A DNA stretch of 64,000 nt. It comes from the human T2T-CHM13v2.0 reference genome, Homo sapiens. The notes under the pieces are model-generated. The model was not told the origin of the DNA, did not search any database, and was given only the letters and a program-made list of their open reading frames with translations. Position 1 is the first letter of the stretch. Every line of letters begins with the position of its first letter. The stretch is taken from assembly GCF_009914755.1 (NCBI RefSeq), contig NC_060935.1. One strand, 5' to 3'. Shown here in pieces: positions 50,399-64,000 of the stretch. The position numbers and the translations under genes are program-made.

Positions 50399-52741
50399 TA
50401 GTTTTGATTTCTTTAAGTTGAACTTCATTTTTCTCTGGTGCCTCCTTGATTTGCTTAATCATTAAGCTTCTGAATTCTTTTCCTGGCAATTCAGAGATTT
50501 CATCTTGGTTTGGATTCATTGCTGGTAATCTGGTGTGATCTTCTGGGGATGTTAAAAGAAACTTGTTTTGTCATATTACCAGAATTGTTTTTTAGTTCCT
50601 TCTCATTTGGGTAGACTATGTCAAAGGGAAGATCTAGGACTCAAGGGCTGCTGTTCAGATTGTTTTGTCCCATGGGATGCTCCCTTGGTGTGGTGCTCTC
50701 CCACTTCCCATAGGAATGGGGCTTCCTGAGAGCCAAATTGCAGTGATTGTTTTTACCCTTCTGGGTCTAGCCACCCAGCAGAGCTACCAGGCTCTGGGCT
50801 GGTACTGGGGAGTATCTGCAAAGAGTCCTGTGATGCGATCTGTCTTCAGGTCTTTCAGCCTTGGATATTAGCATCTGCTCTGGTGAACACACGAGGGACA
50901 TGAGGTGGACTCTATGTTAGAGTCCTTTATTGTATTTTTGTTTAGTGTTGATTGGTGTGCAGCCAGGACAAGTGCTTTCCAGAGTGCATCAGCTGTGGTA
51001 CTATAGGGAGAAAGCAAACTTGCCCTAGGGTGGGCTGGTTAAGTATTCAGCTTTCTCAGGAGGTGGGCAGGGCCATGGAGCTCTCAAGAGATTGTGTCCT
51101 TTGTCTTTCGCTTCCAGGGCCAGTAGAGAAAGGCCACCAGGTGGGGGCAGGGTTAGGTGTGTCTGAGCTTAGACTCTCCTTGGGTGGGGCTTGCTGAAGC
51201 TGCTGTGGGGAATGCGGGTGTGGTTCTCAAGCCAATGGAGTTATATTCCAAGGGGGATTATGGCGGCCTCTGCTGTGTCATACAGGTCACCAGGGAAATG
51301 GGGGAAAGCCCTCAGTCACAGGCCCCACCCCACCCCCTGCAGCTCACAGTCCTAAAGGCCAATCTCATTCCCACTGTACCCCACAAACAGCACTGAGTCT
51401 ATTTCCAGGCAGCTGTTGACCAGGGCTGAGAACTTGCCCCAAACCACCAGCCTCCCCTCTGAGAAAGCAAGCCAACTCACAGTTTTTTTGGCATCTCAGA
51501 AAGCCTGCAGCAATGACCAGTTTCTTCAAAGGGTCTGTGGATTCTCTCAGCTTTCCTGTTATGTTGTCGTGGTAGTTCTTGGAGCAAGAGTTTATCATGT
51601 GAGTTTCCACATGCTGCTCTGTCTGTCCCAGTGGGAGCTGCAAGCTAGTCCTACCTTCTATCCTCCCTCATTCATTTTATTAAATAGTAACATCTCTCAA
51701 TCGTCATCACCTTTAAATTACTCTGAAGCAAATTTGTTATGTTATATGTCAGTTTAAAAGTTCTTTAACTGTTTTCCATTTTCTTCCAGAAGAAGTACAA
51801 CATTCTTAATATGTTTCTGAAGACTTTCATGTTCTTAGCCCCTACATGATTTTCCAGGATAATTTTTCAATATGCTCCATCCTTTCCATCTTGCCTCCAT
51901 TAGCCATACACAGTCTCTATCCAAGTGCCACAAGTTACTTTCCATATCTCAGCCATTTCTGAGGTATAAATACTTTTGTGAGTAACTTCTCCCCTTCCTT
52001 GAATATATTTTTCTATGTTCATCTGAAAACTTTGAAGGCTCAGTGAAATATTATTCAATGGTCAAAGTCTTTTTAAAAATTCTGAATAGTTAAAATCTCA
52101 TCTGAAATTTTATATTACTTTTTACTTATTATTAGAGCCTCATTTACTCCTATTAAATATTTGTCTGTTTCCTTCAATAAGGGATCTGAACCTTAGGAGA
52201 CCATGTATTAATTATCAGTATATTACCCCATCTTACACCATGACACAGTAGATACTCAATGGCTACTTGAAGAAAGGAAGTTTAAATAATTGAATACCCT
52301 TTAAGGAATTATTTATATCTTATTAAAATTTACACATTTTGAAATGTGTATTTTTTCTTTTAAAATATTTTCTACTGTGCTTCTGTATGCTGAATAGCAT
52401 CCTTAAAAACAATGCTTCCTGGAATTATATAGCCTAAATAATTTCCATAGTCCTCAAATACTCATTCATGCTTTGCTGTAGTACCTTTCTTATGAATAAC
52501 CAAAGGACCAAAACCATACTGAGATTCTCTATTAATGTAGGTTAGTAATTTTTTAAAAAGTGTACTGTTGTGTATTGTGTATTTACTAACATACTACATA
52601 GTAGAATTTATAATAATTAAAAATTAATCCATTAAAATAAATGGTGTAATCAGGGTTGTGCCATTGTTGCTTCTATATAATTTATTTTCATTTACTGGTC
52701 AATTAAAAATATGGCAATTATCCATGAAAGTATTTGTTTTC

Positions 52742-54527
<1,786 letters not shown>

Positions 54528-54854
54528 ATGGAAATATGCAGGAGCAGCCTAGTTTTAGCCAGCCTGAAATCATGACAAGTTTCCCTAAATAATCTTCCCA
54601 GAAGGACTGAGTTCTAACAAATGAATTAGGCATTGCCTAAATGGTCAGATTGCATATATCAAGACTGTGTTTACATAATGAAGGGTTTTACAGTTCTCTT
54701 TCCTCTCTTCCAACCTCCCTGTTTTTCTTTATTTCTTCTTTCTAAAATGTTTACTAAATGTGTACTGTATGTTAAGCCCTGGAATAGGTATTACAAATAA
54801 AATGACAAAGACAACAAAATTCCCATGATTGGGGAGCCACAGTGTTACAGTGTT

Positions 54855-54970
54855 TTTTATATATATATAAAATTTTTTTGTATATAAATTTTATATATTA
54901 TATTTTATATATATTCATATATATAATACACACACATATGTAATTTGATTGTCTTTGGGTATATATATAC
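54855..54970. repeat. AT-rich (TA)n low-complexity repeat
   Basis: tatatatatataaaattt...atatatataatacacacacatat. Confidence 0.8.
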
Positions 54971-55207
54971 GAAAACTATGTTGTTCCTGCATATTTTTAT
55001 TGTGTTAGGAAGAATAATGTCCTCCTCCAAAAGATCTCCCCATCCTAGAACCTGTTACAATTAGTTTGCCTGGCAAACGGAGTTAAGATTGCAAATAGAA
55101 TTAAGATAATTAGTCAAATAATTATAATGTAAAAATGGTAAGGCAGGTTTACTAAAACCTGTGTTATAAAATATTTGTCCCAGAAATTGCTTTATATAAG
55201 GAGTCCA

Positions 55208-55539
55208 AGTCAAATATATTGAGAAGTGTTCTACTTTATAATACTCCCTGTGCCTTATCCAACTTACATTCTATCCCTGGGAGGATCACAAGGCACATTA
55301 GTATATTACAAATTCTCAGTCAAATATATTGAGAAGTGTTCTACTTTATAATTCTCCCTGTGCCTTATCCAACTTACATTCTATCCCTGGGAGGATCACA
55401 AGGCACATTAGTATATTACAAATTCTCAGTCAAATATATTGAGAAGTGTTCTACTTTATAATTCTCCCTGTGCCTTATCCAACTTACATTCTATCCCTGG
55501 GAGGATCACAAGGCACATTAGTATATTACAAATTCTCAG
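55208..55539. repeat. 110-bp unit tandem triplication
   Basis: Units start at 55208, 55318 and 55428; copies 2 and 3 appear identical, copy 1 differs by one base. Confidence 0.95.
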
Positions 55540-55734
55540 GATTTCTGCAATAGGGAAATCTGTTTATTAGGTAAGTCCTTTCCAAATTTATATATTTTGT
55601 TTCATTTTCTGTAATGGGCCTATTCATTTCCTCAACAAATCTGTAAACATACTATAAAAACACTCCTCTAAAAGAATGAAGACAAGAAAATAATTTACTT
55701 TACTTGGTGATTTTGAGAGGTTGAGACAGTCTAG

Positions 55735-56060
<326 letters not shown>

Positions 56061-56096
56061 AGCCTGACTGAAAATTGAGATATTTAAGCTTCACTT

Positions 56097-56641
56097 ATGC
56101 CACAGCAGGTGATCTTCAAAGAAGAGCCCTACAAACCTCCTATCACATCACCACCACCACTTAAATATGTAGGCTGCTCCCCAGATGTTCTTCATATAAA
56201 TAGGAGAGCTTATTTTCTCTCCCTGTAAATCTAAATTGGACTTGTAGCTCTTCTTGACCAATAGTATGCAGCAGAAGTAACGTTTGGGGGCTTCCAAGTC
56301 TTAAAAAGTCAAGCAGCTTGCACTTCTTCCCATTGAAGTCTAGCTGCCATTCTATGAGAAAACCAAGCCACATGGAGTAGAACAAAGATGTCCTTGTGAA
56401 TGGCTCCAGTTAAACACCCATTTGACAGTGACAACTTAAGTCATGGATGTATAACCCAAGTCAACTTCTTCCTGGTAGTCCCCAGCTCTCCGTGCTACTC
56501 TGGCTGACACTATATTAAGCAGAGGTGGGAGATGCTTCTACCAAGTGTTGATAAATTGCAAATCCATGAGCAAATAATATGGTTTTTGAAAGTCACTAAA
56601 TTTTGGAATAGTTTGTTACATATCAATAGATAATTGAAATA
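56097..56641 (+). mobile_element. MLT1(G/H)-like LTR
   Basis: ttgaccaatagtatgcagcagaagtaa...gtcactaaattttggaatagtttgttacatatcaatagataa. Confidence 0.75.
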
Positions 56642-56879
56642 TATGCCTTGAAAGAGAAAAAGAAATTTGGCTAGTAGTCTTAATACAAAAAACACCACAC
56701 ACAAAGGAAGGTGTATAAATGACTATGGCTTGTTCCAGAAACAAATGGCTCAATGTGACTGAAATATTGGGTGAAGGGAGGGGAGTACTGCCTTTAGGGC
56801 TTTCGAGATAAATAGGGTACAAATAATAATAGGTTTTGGACTAGCATAAGGCTTTAATTAAACTATTCTAAATATATTC

Positions 56880-57405
56880 TGTTGTGTCATTTTTGTCTTC
56901 CATAGGTTTCCCTTTCTTCTCCTAGTAAAAATCTTCTATTTGTCTTCTGGGAAACTACTCCTTTGTCACTTTCAATCTACATGTCTTGGGTGGAGCAAAC
57001 ATATATGAACAGATATATTAAAAAACAAAAAAATGTACACTCATGAGAGGTCCATACTTGATTAATCAGATCAGTATATAACTGGCCATAGTTTGGCTAT
57101 AAAATAAATCTATGTATGACTCAAATTGGATAAATCTGGGTTAATCCTAGAAATTTTGCTTAGATTACCAAGGATGCTAAACTGGGAAAAAGTGATTTTG
57201 GAATTACAGGAAAGTGCATGACTAAGAAATGAGCCAACAGAAAACATTAGGGCTGAAAAATAGAAAGAAATATAATTCTATGGAATCTTACATTCAGCTC
57301 TAATCTGTTTAGTTATGTTGGCCAATAATTAACTTTTTAAAAAAAATTTAGCTGGCTTGAGTTGGGTTTCTGTCACTTACAACCAAAAGGCTCTTGATTA
57401 ATAAA
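56880..57405 (+). mobile_element. LTR33/LTR16-like ERVL LTR
   Basis: 3' end ttgagttgggtttctgtcacttacaaccaaaagggctcttgattaata. Confidence 0.6.
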
Positions 57406-58389
57406 GGGGAACATTATTAGATATAGAAATAATATAATTGGTTATGCTCTAGAAAGATGACTCTGGTTTTCCTAAGAAGGCAAAGGCAGAACAAGGGTAA
57501 AAATTGCAGCAAATAAATAATGAGGACTTTCCGAAATACAATGTGAAAGTGAGTTACTTGCTTCTTAATCTTTTCCTTGTGGTGACAAAATATAGTAGAA
57601 AAAAGAATGAGACAACAAAATTGTCAATGATTGTAGGTATATAATAATTCATATTTTAATAAGTTAATCATTCAAGAAATATTAATCTCTACCTATGTTT
57701 GACCATGGGTTCTCAATCTTGCTCCTTTTTGACTCAAATTTCTGAGGTTATTCTTGACTATTGGCGTTAAAAAAAATCACCAGAAAATTTTTTGTGCAGC
57801 TAGGATTGCACCTTGATAAGCATAAAAATTATACAATAAGCTTCTTTAAAATATTGATTTACTAGCCACTACCTAGACATTCTTTTCAACTAAAAAAATT
57901 TAATTATTATGAGTACATATTGTATATATTTATGGGTTACATGTGATGTTCAAACATTCTTAGTAAGATTATAGTAAAGTGGAGAATCGGTATTCTCCAA
58001 GAAAAATCATATGAAAACTTTGACCTACAAGGTTAGCACTTTCCAGTTCTTGACTCACTTTTGAGCAGAGATATTAGCAAATCATCAATTTAAGATCTAT
58101 CACCTTAAGAGGATCTTTTTCTGTTTCTCTGGATGCAGCAGCAGGAAAGTAGAATAAGTCACGGGAGTTTTTGTGTCCACTAAACTGCCCTGATCTTAAA
58201 TGGTCTACTTTTTGCAACAAGGCACAGGCTTATTTCTTTCACCACTTCCCAGACCTTTTAACAGTTCTTACACCAACCAGAATAGAAGCCCTCCTTTCAA
58301 TTAATTAACTGGATGTTGGCAACTTATTTTGTTTGTGTTAAGAACTCCCACACTGACAGACTGCCTACTTTAAAAAAAGAAAAATAAAT

Positions 58390-59350
58390 CACAAGATGAC
58401 CAGTGTGACTAAAGCAGAATCAAAGAATTAGAAAATAAAGAGATTAAGTCAAAGAATCAGTTTAGGTTCAAATTGCATGAGGACCCATAGGTCGTAACAA
58501 GAACTTTGACTTTACTCTGAGAGCAATGAAACATCATTGGAGGACTTTCCCCACAAATGTGACTTATTCATATCTTTAATATGATGATTCTAGATGCTCA
58601 GTTTAGAACAGGATAAATTGAGCAAAGAATAGAGGCACAGAGACCAGTCAGAAACTAATTACAGTAATTTAGGCAAGACATGATAGTGTGTTTTTTCAAA
58701 CTGATAGCAAGAAATTGCTAAATTGGTCAGATTCGAGAAATAATTTAAGAACAGGGTCAACAGAATTTGCTAACTGCATGAAGATATGTTAGAGGAGAGT
58801 CAAATATGACCCCAGAGTTTAAGGACTATGTAGGTAAAATAATTATTTTGTAATTGAAGTAGAAAAGACTGAAAGAGGAAGAGGTTTGGAATTGAAAGAT
58901 CACATGTGCATTTTTAAGTCTGAGACTGCTGTTAGAAACACAATTAAAAATACTGAATTTTAAGTTAGATATTTTTTCTTATTGACCCAAATTTCAGGGT
59001 CAGTTCTGGGCAGAGAGTTTAAAACCTGGAATGATAAGGATATAGATATTATTTAAAGGCAAGGCATTAAATGAGATCACAATGGGAAGGAGTATAAATG
59101 GAACTTAAGAAAAGATTAAAGACTGAGTCCCCAGAAAATCTTACATTAAGGGAGAGTTTTCAGAGCTATTGCTTGACTAGAGTAGCTTTAATAAAGAATA
59201 AGGAAATAGCGATAATGAGTAAAAAACTCTTCTTCAGACTTTTCTGTAGAGGAAAGTAGAAAGAGGACATGTAATTGTAACATAAATTGGGGTAGAGTTA
59301 TTTTTAATTGAGAAAATATACTTTTTCACGTGGTATAGGAGACAAATATT
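58390..59350 (-). mobile_element. L2 fragment
   Basis: ctttgacttttactctgagagcaatgaaacatcattggagg...gagaccagtcagaaactaattacagtaatttaggcaagacatg. Confidence 0.7.
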
Positions 59351-59479
59351 GATGTTGATATTGATCGATATTGTTTCCTCAGAGATGGAAAACAAATGAG
59401 GTAAACCCTACTCATGTCTCAGCTTATTATAGTACTATCTTGATTTTTTTTTTTTTTTTTTTTTGCCAAATTGCAGGGA

Positions 59480-62110
59480 GGGGAAATCCAGTAAAAAGCA
59501 GATGGATTCTATGAGTTGAGGAGATAAAGAGTCCAGAGAGACAAAAGGAGGAGTGGGGAGGCTATAGTTCACAGGACACAATCCCAGGGAAGAGAGAGCT
59601 CTGTGAAGAGAGAATTCTAGATTTTGAGGGGCACTTCTCAAATATTTAGCAGAGTGCTAATTGGCACATGAATTTAAGAAACTACCTGACAATGGAGAAA
59701 GAACCTCTTTGAGGGTTAGTGGTAGTAGTTTAAAGTGCACATAAATGGCTGGTGGTTGTGCCTGTTCCCACTAGAGGAAAAAAAAAAGCCTCATGATTAG
59801 TGGAGCATTCAGTAGAGCACTAAGAAGGTTCTTGCCCTCATAATGGGGGATAATGAGCCTTAGAACAATATTGCTATAGTTTAACCTATCAAATATAAAA
59901 AGATCAAATGGTTTCCAAGCCATTTAACCATGTCCCAGAACAAAATGCAAGAATATTTATAGGAATACAAAAAATTTCAGCACTCAACAAGCTAGAATTC
60001 AAAAATGTCCAGAAATGTATTAAAGATTGCTAGTTAAGAGCAGGAAAATACAAACTATAATAAGGATAAGAACTGACTAATCAAAAGGGACCCAGTAATG
60101 ATGCAGATATTAGAATTAGCAGACATGGATAGTAAATAGTTAATACATCTGAGTTTCAGATTTCTGAAAAGTTAAATAGAACCATGGAAGATTTTTAAAA
60201 GAATCAAATAGAAATTCTAGAGATAAAAATAGTGATATCTGAAGTGAAATAACACCGAATAGTGTTAATGGCAAATTAAACTTTGCAAAAGATTAGTAAA
60301 CTTGAAGACATGGCAAAGAAACCCATTCAAAATTAAACACAGAGAAAAAAAAACAAGCCCAAAATTGAGAAGACCATCAGTAAGCTGTTGAAAAACTTTA
60401 AGCAATATGTAATTGGAAACCCCCCACCAATAAAGAAGAGCAATAGTGATACAACAAACATTTGAAGAAATAATGTCCAAAGTTTTTAATTTTGATGAAA
60501 CCTCTAACCAAAAAATTCAAGAAAATTAACATAACAGAAAACATGATTAAAAGTACTCAGAAACACATCATAATCAGATTACTTACAACCAGTGATAAAG
60601 GGAATATCTTAAAATAATAAGCCAGAGCACAAAAGACAGAGAAGCAAAGATAATGATGAGAACAGACTTATCACCAAGAACCTTGCAAGTGAAAAGACAG
60701 TGGAGCAACATTGTTTTAGTCCATTTTGTGTTGCTGTAAAAGATTACCTGAGGCTGGGTCATTCATAAAGAAAATATGTTTATTTAGCTCACAGTTCTGC
60801 AGCTGTACAAGAAGCATGGCATCAGCATCTGCTTCTGGTGAGGGCTTTAGGCTGCTTCCACTCATGGCGGAAGGCAAAGGGAATCTGGTCTGTGATGACA
60901 TGGTGAGAGAGGAAGCAAAAAAGAGGGGGAAGATGCCAGGCTCTTTTTAATAGCCAGCTCTCAGGGAACTCTCAGTGGAAGTAACATACCTGGGAACCAA
61001 CAAATTGAGAACTCAATTGCTACTGCAGGAATAGCACCAAGTCATTTATAAAGGATCCGTCTCCATGATCCAAACACCTTCCATTAGGCCACACCTTCAG
61101 CAATAGGGAGGTTTGGAGGGCCAAATATCCAAACTATAGCATCCCACCCTTGTACCCTAAACCTCACGTCTTTGTCACACTATAAAATACAACAATTTCT
61201 TCCCAAAAATCTCCCAAAAGTCTTAACTTTTTCCAGCACCAACCCCAAAGTCCTAAGTCCAAAGTCTCATCTGAAACTCAAGACAAGTTTCTTCCGGCTA
61301 TAAGCCTGTAAAATGAAAAACAAGTTATTAACTTGAAAGATACAATGGTGGAAGAAACATCGGGTAAACATTCCCATTCCAAAATGGAGGCATGACAAAA
61401 GAAAGGGGTAACAGGTCCATACATGTCTAAAACACAATGGAGCAGTCATTAAATCCTTAAGCTGTAAAATAATTGCTTTTGACTCCATATCCCATATTGG
61501 TGGAAAGAATGGGCCTCCAAAAACTTGGGCAGCCCTGTCCTATGGCTTTCCTGGGTGCAGCCCACATGGCTATTTCCATGGGTTAGAATTCAATGCCTAC
61601 AGCTTTTCAGATTGAATGCTGCTGTTTGCTCTACAATTCTGGTGTCTGGAGGGCAGCAGCCTCCTTTCCACAGAATTTTTTTTTGCATGAAGTGGTATAA
61701 TATCACTTGAATGTAGACTAGGATAAAGATGTGTACCATAAATCTTAACCATCAACTTTAAAAAACAACAGTAATGACAAGAGTTATTATAATAGGTCAA
61801 CAAACAAGATGAAATGAAATCATAGAACAGTGAAAAAGAGTAATAAAGATAAGTTGAGGCAAATAGAAAACAAATAGAAGATGATACACACAACTAATCA
61901 TATCAATTGCATTACATGTACATAATCTCAGCACTCCAATAAAAAAGACAAAGATTATCAGATAGGATATAAAAGCAAAGATTAAGTATTTGGTGCTTAT
62001 AAGCAACATTCTTTAAATAAAAACATAAATATATTAAAGTACTTTATTTGGGTTGGAAAATATGAACCATGTTAACACTAGTTAAAGAAAGATTAATTTT
62101 TCTATATCCA
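59480..62110 (+). mobile_element. Old L1M 5'/ORF1 region, interrupted by MST element
   Basis: gatattagaattagcagacatgg, gaaattctagagataaaaat, atttgaagaaataatgtcc are old L1 ORF1-like. Confidence 0.6.
60711..61672 (-). mobile_element. MSTB-like LTR (~60711-61141) plus truncated internal region
   Basis: ttacctgaggctggg...agaagcatggcatcagcatctgcttctggtgaggg...caaactatagca; internal ccaaagtctcatctga. Confidence 0.82.
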
Positions 62111-63315
62111 CACTAGAAAAAGTGGATTTCAAAGAGAAATATAATAAAGTATCACCCTTTCAAATAAAAACCTGAAGACTAGATGTGAGCTTTATATATT
62201 TCAGCAAATAATTGAGTAATTTATCTCTGAAAATAAAGTTATCTTATAAATATCATTATCTAACTGACATAAGTTGCAAAAAAAAAAAAAAGAAAATGCA
62301 AAGGATGTATGTGTCAAGAATAATAGTACAGTTACAAAGAAAGACACCAAGTTAATTCCCTGATAAATATTTGCTTGTGGTATATAAATCATAATACAGA
62401 AGGATAAAAATGATTCAGCATAATTCATATTTTCTTTCTTCAGTACATTAGGTCCCATGAACTTAAACATACAAGCTTATGGGATTGTCAATAAATCAAA
62501 AGATTATCTTTCCCTTTGTAGTACAAGAAATGAATTTCAATGGGAACCAGAAGATACTAGACATAGATGGAACACTTGCAATATTTATGCCAAAACATTG
62601 TCTAAAAGCATAACCAAATTATTTCTGAAGATTATTACTGAAGGTTTACCCAATAATATCCTTATACTTTGATACTCTCACACATGAAAGATCTCCACAC
62701 TGGCATATCATTTCCGCTTTGGTTTTATAAGCTAAATCTTTTTATTCATTGAAACACTTATTTGAGAATTAGGTCAAGAGACACAGTTCTTGCAAAATCT
62801 TACTATTATGGCTATAGGCATTCTGGTATACACCCCATCTTTTTTTAAAAAAAATGCTTAAGATCTTAAACTATGAATATGTAACTTTTTTTGCTTCTCT
62901 CTGTGGGTTACATTTTGGTATCACTCTATGTATTTTCAAAAGAATCTTCTTGCATCTTCCTGCAGTTTATAATGGAATACTACAAGTCTCACACTTGGTG
63001 AAAACACATTTAGAGAAATTAAATAATTTCTACAATGTAAAACAGTCAGTATTTGACAGAGCTGAAATGAAAACTTATTTATTTACTCAACAAAACTTTA
63101 TTGAATGGCTAGTACATTCCCATCACTGTTCTTGATTTTCAGGCTACATCAATAAATAAAATGAAAAAAGAGGAAAATAAATCCTGCCCTTTGAAATGTA
63201 GATCTGTCTAATGGGGAATCACATGATACTATTACTGTCTCGTATAGCTTCTTCATCAAAGAAAGGTGAAGTTTTCAATTTATTTCCTTGAACATGGTGT
63301 TCAATGATGTATTTG

Positions 63316-64000
63316 ATATTTCTGTGAAAATGCTGCTAGAATTTTGATAGGGATTACATTGAATCTATAGATCATTTTGGGCAGTTCTTAGTCATTTTGT
63401 GTTGCTATAAAGAAATATGTGAGGCTGAGTAATTTACAATGAAAAGAGGCTTATGTCGTTCACAGATTTGCAGGCTGTACAAGAAGCATGGCACTAGCAT
63501 CTGCTTCTGGTGAGTTCCTAAGACTCCTTCCAGTCAGGGCAGATGGAGAAGGACAGCCAATATATGCAGGGATCACATGGCAAAAAAAGAAGCAGTGGAC
63601 GGGGAGATACCAGCCTTTTTTAATGTTTTTATTTTAACAACCAGCTTTCACAGGAACTAATAGAGCAAAATCTCACTCATTACCACAAGGATGGCACCAA
63701 GCCATTAACTAGGATTCCACCCCCACTACTCAAACACCTCCCGTTAGGCCCTATCTCCCATATTGGGGATCAAATTTCAACGTGAGGTTTGGGGGAAAAT
63801 ATCTCCAAACTGTAGCAGGGAGTATGGGCATTTTTAATAATAATAAGTCTTCTAATTCATGAACACAGGAGATATTTCCATTAATTTGTATATTCTCCAA
63901 TTTATTTTATCAATGTCATAGTTCTCAGAGTACAAATCTTTTACCTCCTTGGGTAAATTTATTCTTAAAATTTGTATGGAACCAAAAAGACCCAAAATAG
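63316..64000. mobile_element. Old L1 ORF2 fragment with strand switch (minus to ~63968, then plus)
   Basis: Minus: aattttgatagggattacattgaatctatagatc; plus: aaaatttgtatggaaccaaaaagaccc. Confidence 0.75.
63386..63797 (-). mobile_element. MSTB-like solo LTR inside the L1 fragment
   Basis: ttagtcattttgtgttgctataaag...aagaagcatggcactagcatctgcttctgg...caaactgtagca; approximate TSD ggcag/gggag. Confidence 0.82.

Overview
This is primate (human-like) non-coding genomic DNA, mostly interspersed repeats. I find no supportable protein-coding exon, RNA gene or processed pseudogene. The ORF track consists of decayed L1 ORF1/ORF2 fragments, Alu/LTR read-through and microsatellite artefacts. Main elements: (1) a full-length L1PA6/7-like LINE (minus, 18418-26124) inside a THE1 LTR, carrying a solo LTR12C in its 5'UTR; (2) a near full-length L1PB-like LINE (45387-51669); (3) two 5'-truncated L1PA4-like copies in opposite orientation; (4) an LTR-internal-LTR MST (MaLR) element; (5) nested MER4/MER50/Alu and MER4-group/MLT2A stacks at 11.8-16.3 kb; (6) about 15 Alus and older MIR/L2/L1M/MLT/MER remnants. 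I see no evidence of a new multi-gene system. The most unusual signals are mechanistic scars. An Alu has part of its left arm replaced by a 52-bp inverted copy of DNA 1.4 kb away. An LTR12C promoter sits in sense orientation upstream of L1 ORF1, within the 5'UTR segment homologous to the ZNF93 target. There is a near-perfect 110-bp triplication, two short candidate L1 3' transductions and an old twin-priming inversion. Subfamily names are from recalled consensus features and need RepeatMasker/Dfam confirmation.
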